From Trichomonas gallinae (Eukaryota): a stretch of DNA of 34,070 nt. Positions 28,336 to 34,070 of the stretch are shown here, in pieces (the first letter of the stretch is position 1; every line of letters begins with the position of its first letter). The stretch is taken from NCBI GenBank assembly GCA_008369845.1, contig MRSU01000921.1:1-34070 (forward strand). The letters are read 5' to 3'. The translations under genes and the position numbers were made by a program. The notes under the pieces were generated by a model. It ran no database searches. It was not told the DNA's origin and saw nothing but the letters and a program-made list of their open reading frames with translations.

Positions 28336-29597
28336 AACGTGTGTTAACTTAGGGGCTTGAAAAATTAGGAAGGGTCTAATTTATAATCAAACAAAAATTT
28401 GGAATTAATCAAGTCATTGCTAATTGGTTCATCTTCTGCATCAATATATTAAAAATGATCATTTTAGAAGAATTCAGATTTATGACATTTGACATTTTAC
28501 TATGACAGATTTATTAAAAAGTGACACATTCTCTTTCTTTAGGAGAAAAGTGAGATAAGGTTAATATCAAGATCGAGCTAAAACTCAAATTATATGCGTA
28601 ATACTAAGTGTATTCCCTGATTTCTGAAGGGTGCACCCTGAGGATTACGTAAACTTCAGAATCCGAAACAAGTGAATTTTGCTTGAATCAGGTTTATCTA
28701 TTCAATTGTACTGAGTTATGATATAAGTAATGCCTTTGCAAGTTCATGAAGTTAAACATTAAGATTTTAAAATAAACTTACTCAAACAAGGCTTTTTAAA
28801 TGAACAAACGTGTGTAAGCATCTGCACATGTGAGAGAGTAAACTTAGAATCGACATTTTTCAATCAAAACGAGAGTTCATAAAAAACAATTTTTTGAAAA
28901 ACTTGACCTTCAAACTGTCTATTAACCATCAGCTTATTAATTTGTAGCAGTAAGCTTGGGTTCAATACGAATGCTTAGACCTCTGCAAAAAATATGATTT
29001 TTTTTTCGTAAGTTTTGTTTAATTTGAGTTAAATGCTAGAATATATTACAATGGATAGTGTAGATTTTAAAAATAATAAAAATAACGGATTAATATTAAA
29101 TGTTGCTTAGATTTTGAAACTCTTATTGGAATTTGCTTTAGATAAATGTAATACTATTAATTCATCATAATCTCGCACAGTTATCGATTAATCATCCATG
29201 CAACTATTGATCACTTTTTTCAAAAATTATAAATTTTGAGAGGCTAATCCTTGCCGATAAAAATTGAATATTTGTTTATATAGATTTATTGATTAATATT
29301 ATAAAGTTTTCGAAAAAATTTGCAATTTTAAGAATTAATTCATAAAATTATGTTCCGTAATTAATTCTCATATATAATATTAATTAGAATTTATTGATGC
29401 GACGATAATGATTAGATTATCATTATATTATTTTCCACTGTTATATTATCATATATATTATGATTGTCAATATTTTTAAACAAATTTTTCATTTTATTTT
29501 ATTTTTTGATAAAATATTTTCAAAACAATTCAAAACCAAAAAAAAATATCATATTATAACTGATTATTAATATTAATATTTTTACCAAGTCGCATAA

Positions 29598-29663
29598 AAA
29601 GTGACATATCATATATTCCATCAAATGAAATGGAAGAAGCAGGTTTTGCCTTTCCAACTCATA
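29598..29663 (+). promoter_or_regulatory. Composite trichomonad promoter: AAAGTGAC, CCTTT (M5-like) and Inr-like TCATA
   Basis: AAAGTGAC 29598-29605, CCTTT 29649-29653 and TCATA 29659-29663 immediately before ATG 29664. Confidence 0.5.
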
Positions 29664-30896
29664 ATGAAAACAATCCCGTATATTTATATTGTTGCATTTC
29701 TTTTATCCTTGACTTCTTCTATCCCTAATATCATCTTCTTGCAAGAAAATTCCGATAATTCTCCGAAAATTTCTGATAATAAATTAGTTTACGAAACAAG
29801 ACTCACTGGATACGCATCCAACATTAGACATATTCCGAATGATAAGCTTATTAAGATCGTCCACAGACGAATTCCGATTAATAAAACTGGACTTGGTATA
29901 AAATTCCAAGGAACATTCAAATCCGGCGAACATTTTCCATGTACACCGATGCAGTATCCTCCACATATTCGAGATTACAATGTAAGCTTCGCATATTTAA
30001 GAAACGTATACGTTTCAAGATCTCCATCAGTTTTAACACCTAAAAATAGATTAGCTCTTACAGACTTTCACTGGCTACCTCATATTCAAGGCACTACATC
30101 CGGTAATGTAATATACGCGTTCGATAAAGCAGTTGCGCCTGGTCATTCATTCTGCGACAGTTTTGGACATTTCCACATTGATTTCTTTTCCATACTCATG
30201 GATATGCCAAAGGATGTACAACAGAATTACTATATTCTTAATGTTCCACATGGTGACTTCGTTCAGATTGCTCTCGACTTAATAGAAGTTCCAAAAGAGC
30301 ACAGGATTCCTATAATGCAGAGTGGAGAGTTTGCCTTCGTTCAAGAGCTGATTTATCCTGTTTCCCCGATGGTTCACACTTATCATCAAGGAGAGCCACT
30401 TCACAGGATCCAACTTCTCTATAACGAGAAGTTTGGACTGAAGGATATCAAGGCAGATAAGAATGCTATCATAAACAGAAGAGACACTAGAATTTGGTAC
30501 AATGTTAATGAATTAATAAATGCTTTGAAGAAAGCATATCCATCACACACTTGGGAGACTTTGGAGGACGTCCATGGTCTTAGAGAGTCTGCTAAAATCT
30601 ACGCTACTGTGAAATTCTTGATGACGCCTTCAGGCTCTAACTTATTCCATTGCTTCTTGATGAAGCCAGACTCAATTATCCTTACAATCGAAGGAACAGT
30701 GCATGATTGGTCCTCAATTGGTGCTATCTTCCAATGCAGGATCCATCACATCATCTTCCAGAGTGAAAAATTAAATCACGTTAAAGGATTCCCAGGATTC
30801 AACGTCGATGTCGATAAATTTATCAAGGCAGCTGGATTTGCTGTGAAGTATCTTGAAACAGGAAAATTCCCAGAAGAAGACTTAACTTTCCTATAA
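29664..30896 (+). CDS. Glycosyltransferase family 61 (DUF563)-like type II membrane protein
   Basis: N-terminal signal anchor (YIYIVAFLLSLTSSI); FGHFHIDF; INRRDTRIWYNVNELINAL; FLMTPSGSNLFHCFLMKPDSIILTI resembling the GT61 HGAGL-x-N block. Start ATG 29664 preferred (alternative 29625). Confidence 0.75.
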   Translation: MKTIPYIYIVAFLLSLTSSIPNIIFLQENSDNSPKISDNKLVYETRLTGYASNIRHIPNDKLIKIVHRRIPINKTGLGIKFQGTFKSGEHFPCTPMQYPPHIRDYNVSFAYLRNVYVSRSPSVLTPKNRLALTDFHWLPHIQGTTSGNVIYAFDKAVAPGHSFCDSFGHFHIDFFSILMDMPKDVQQNYYILNVPHGDFVQIALDLIEVPKEHRIPIMQSGEFAFVQELIYPVSPMVHTYHQGEPLHRIQLLYNEKFGLKDIKADKNAIINRRDTRIWYNVNELINALKKAYPSHTWETLEDVHGLRESAKIYATVKFLMTPSGSNLFHCFLMKPDSIILTIEGTVHDWSSIGAIFQCRIHHIIFQSEKLNHVKGFPGFNVDVDKFIKAAGFAVKYLETGKFPEEDLTFL

Positions 30897-31251
30897 TCAA
30901 GATTTATTTTTTCCTCGAACTATATATATGTTTGTTTTTTAAGTAAAGATTAGCCTATATTAGTTAATAGCAATAAAATCATAATTTTTTTTCTCACAAA
31001 GTATGCCATTCCTAGTCTCCAATATTGATATTAAAATTAATCATATTTACTTACCTGAAAAAATTTGTCACCACTGATTACAAAGTTAGTATTTAAAGCT
31101 CCTGTTTTGTATATAGTATGAATATAATATGCTGCATCATATTGTTTAAAATGAAATCGATCAGCAAGTCATTATCATTTATAAGATCAGTATCAATTAC
31201 ATTATGTATTTATGTGACAAAATGATAAATATGTTTATAAGAAATAATTTA

Positions 31252-33273
31252 TTATGGTAAATATGCAATTTTCGTTCCATCTCTTTCTAAGAATTGTCTG
31301 GCGATGAGAGACCTTATTCTTCTCTGGAACATGTCTTCTGTGATAGGGAATTCAACCTCGCGCTGGACAAATGCGATGAGATCTTTGTCGGTGAGAGAGT
31401 TTCCGCCTTTTAATGTTCTGACGATTGCTGCATCAATTTGTGCTTCTCTAGATGCGAATGTTGATGAATGCTCAAAGACTTGGGCTGATGGTGTCTTCTC
31501 GCTGATCGTTGGCAACTCAATGAATCCTTTGCTGTCGCACTCAACATCTCCATTGACGAAATATTTAGACTCCTTTCGAACCAAAATCTTGTGGCATTTT
31601 TCATTTGTCAATGCTTGTAGGATTGGTTCCAATTCCTGGATTTCAACACCAGTTTTCTCGCTAAGTTCTTCAAGACTGTTGCCTTCTTGTCCAATAGATA
31701 GCAGAATATTCGCGACAACTCCATCACACTCAAGATTGATTAAGTCCTTGAATCCCTGAGCTTTCAATTCGCATCTTGAAAGTCCGACGTGCCAAAGAAG
31801 AGCTCTGTTGTTTATCCTTTGGATGTAGAACTTTGTGAAGTCGTCGAAGAAAGGTTGTACCTGGTCTGGGAATTTGGCATTAAGGAATTTTTCACTCTTG
31901 ACAATGTACGACTGCAAAATAGATATGGAAAGTTCGAAAGGAGAGGGTTTCGATTTTAAGAATTCTTTGATAGCTTCTCTGTTCCTGTATGTGTCTTCAA
32001 GGATGTGTTTGATCTTGGATGAGAGTTGTGGCATGATTTTCTCGAGTTTCTCTGATAAAATAAAATCTGCATCAAGCGGTTTGTTATCTAAGATGCGATC
32101 AACGAGGCCTGCAATGTAGAGCTCTTCGAAAAGCTTAATATCACCCATCCACGAAAAAGCGCGAATGATTGAATTAATCGATTCATCTGTAACGGCTGAA
32201 GGTCCTTCAAGAGCTATTCTGGATACTTCTGAAGCAATAATACGTGTAACTTGTTCCTTTGTTGCGCCAATGCTCTTCTCAATCGCTTCAACTAAAACGC
32301 TACGACCGATTTGTCCAATTTGTGGGATACTGAGTAAAAATGATTCGAACTTAATAAGTTTCTGGAATAGTTTGTCATCTTTAGCGGCTTCTTTAGCATT
32401 TTTACCAAGAAATTCTCCAAATTTGCGATATGAATCATTAAGTGTGCCGTAGCTCTTGAAGACAATGGATAAAGCACGTACTGTATTTGGTTCTTCATCA
32501 ATAATGCCTGTTTGAGAAGAAATTTCTGAAACAAAATTTTTGGCGAAAATTCCAGCAATTTTGTACAATACAGAAGTGTCAATGCAGTTTTGTGATGCAT
32601 TTGTTAAAATTAAGAAAGCATTGTACATTTCGGCAGATGTAAGTTTGGAATTTAACAATTTGAACGCTTCATAGAAGATTTCTTCAGCGTAGTATTGTAA
32701 AGCGTTGATATTCTTCAAGAATGATATGAATGTCTTGATGTTTTCTTCATCATTATCGATAAATAAATCAGATAAAGTAGAACTTAAAGATTTCATCAAA
32801 GTTTCACTGCTGTCAAGTTGTTCTTTAAATTTCTTTCTCAAAATATTGTAGAAACTATTCTGTTGTTGGAAAATTGGAGCAAATATTAAATCGAGATAAG
32901 TGATTTTTTCATGTAATTCGCAAATTTCTGTAATTAATGCTTTTGAATCCTTACTAGAAACAATATCAGTGATCAAATCTTGCGCTAATGCTTTTAATTT
33001 TCCTTCAATATGTGAAAAGATTGAAGAAGGAGTGGAATAAATAGCAAGCGAATAAACAAAACGTTGATCCATAATTGAAAATCGAATATTTGGATTCTTT
33101 TTGAAGATTCTGTCGAATAAGTGGTCAATAAATTCTGTCCATTCTTCTTTTGTAGTAGTTGAAACTGAAACAGTTGATTGAACAGATGAAGGACGTTCTT
33201 TAGCCTCTATGTAAATCTGGCAGGGCTTAAAACCTCCCAGATTTAAAGTTGGATCAATCTCGCATTTTTGCAT
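31252..33273 (-). CDS. Divergent cullin family protein
   Basis: LFEELYIAGLVDRIL; FTKFY...NRALLWHVGLSRCEL (cullin homology domain); C-terminal winged-helix/neddylation motif REAQIDAAIVRTLK...RRIRSLIARQFLERD. Confidence 0.9.
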   Translation of the reverse strand: MQKCEIDPTLNLGGFKPCQIYIEAKERPSSVQSTVSVSTTTKEEWTEFIDHLFDRIFKKNPNIRFSIMDQRFVYSLAIYSTPSSIFSHIEGKLKALAQDLITDIVSSKDSKALITEICELHEKITYLDLIFAPIFQQQNSFYNILRKKFKEQLDSSETLMKSLSSTLSDLFIDNDEENIKTFISFLKNINALQYYAEEIFYEAFKLLNSKLTSAEMYNAFLILTNASQNCIDTSVLYKIAGIFAKNFVSEISSQTGIIDEEPNTVRALSIVFKSYGTLNDSYRKFGEFLGKNAKEAAKDDKLFQKLIKFESFLLSIPQIGQIGRSVLVEAIEKSIGATKEQVTRIIASEVSRIALEGPSAVTDESINSIIRAFSWMGDIKLFEELYIAGLVDRILDNKPLDADFILSEKLEKIMPQLSSKIKHILEDTYRNREAIKEFLKSKPSPFELSISILQSYIVKSEKFLNAKFPDQVQPFFDDFTKFYIQRINNRALLWHVGLSRCELKAQGFKDLINLECDGVVANILLSIGQEGNSLEELSEKTGVEIQELEPILQALTNEKCHKILVRKESKYFVNGDVECDSKGFIELPTISEKTPSAQVFEHSSTFASREAQIDAAIVRTLKGGNSLTDKDLIAFVQREVEFPITEDMFQRRIRSLIARQFLERDGTKIAYLP

Positions 33274-34070
33274 TAAAGAATTCTGAACAAAAACTTAATC
33301 ATTAATTCACTTATAACGAATTAATATCAAGACCTGTCATCAAAAACTTCTATTGCCATCGCTAAAATTTTTTATTAAAATATTTATTCATCAAACTCGA
33401 GATTTGAATAATATATTTCATATAACAATGGCCTAGATATGGTATCTTCAAATGCATGAAGCTTAATAAGCAAATAAATATTCGATTATATGTCAAAATC
33501 ATTATTCATTCATAAACAATGATGTAGTTAATTGACATAGAAATATTCAACGCAAATCATGTCCTTTTTACTTATTATTAATCTCGATTCTTGGAATTAC
33601 AGAATTGAGCCTTGTTATTTTGTGGAATGCATATTATGTGTTATGAATATTACAAATCAAATCATGTAGTCCTTATATCTCCATTTAAAACAAGTGAATT
33701 GAAAAAAATTCAAATGTTTCAATATTAATATAAGAATGTCTATTGGAAAACAATGGAAAACTTTAGCCAAATTTCTTTCAAAAAATTGTAAAAAAAATTA
33801 TGACATAATAATGAATATTATATATTGATAATGCGAAATTTATTAATTTTGGTCAGTAAAAATAAAAATGATATATTTGAAAAGCTTACAAAAATAACCT
33901 TTTTGAATTCTAACTAAAATGGTTTATTATTGTAAAAATAACATAAATTATTTTTTACGATCGTTATGAATTCAAAATTAAATATATCAGAAGAGGTGTA
34001 CCAATGACGATAGAAATGACGTTAAAATCATAACGGTCATAGAACTGAAGTCTTTTTGGAGCACAGAAAT

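Noticed and set aside
4631..32600. Numerous 60-188-aa antisense or alternate-frame ORFs nested in the main CDSs (e.g. 13222-14227, 26009-26575, 31304-31759)
   Set aside because: Shadow ORFs produced by codon bias of the real genes; no domain motifs.
1..34070. Spliceosomal introns, tRNA or rRNA genes
   Set aside because: All main ORFs are continuous, and I saw no ACTAACACACAG-type intron end, cloverleaf or rRNA signature by eye; very short introns or snoRNAs cannot be excluded.

Overview
Eukaryotic, very AT-rich window with apparently intronless genes in the standard code and short intergenic spacers. Gene content and promoter words (Inr-like TCAYW, AAAGTGAC, CCTTT, stop-overlapping TAAA) point to a parabasalid, Trichomonas-like protist; this assignment is inference. 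Fourteen credible CDSs, in order: putative beta-helix protein, bacterial-type LtaS/MdoB phosphoglycerol-transferase-like sulfatase-fold enzyme, MINDY-3/4 deubiquitinase, RhoGAP, LisH/FOP-like protein, ARM-like protein, cyclophilin-H-like PPIase, N-terminally truncated Vps11, importin-beta-like HEAT protein, Snf2 ATPase, a large alpha-solenoid protein, a 4xGAF plus phosphodiesterase-fold protein, a GT61-like glycosyltransferase and a divergent cullin. I recognised no rRNA, tRNA or CRISPR array. Most notable: (1) the GAF-PDE protein has lost several metal ligands and is probably a pseudo-PDE sensor; (2) a strongly recurring intergenic 9-mer, TGACATGTA, shares its TGAC core with the known AAAGTGAC element; (3) a 110-bp bidirectional promoter is built from a 27-bp tandem repeat; (4) a palindrome-dense GC-rich block at 1-260 ends in CC|TTAA, a possible Kolobok-like transposon end; (5) a partial 5' duplicate of the importin gene forms a 43-aa ORF; (6) degenerate active sites in the RhoGAP and the cyclophilin. 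All family calls come from motif recognition by eye, not database searches.
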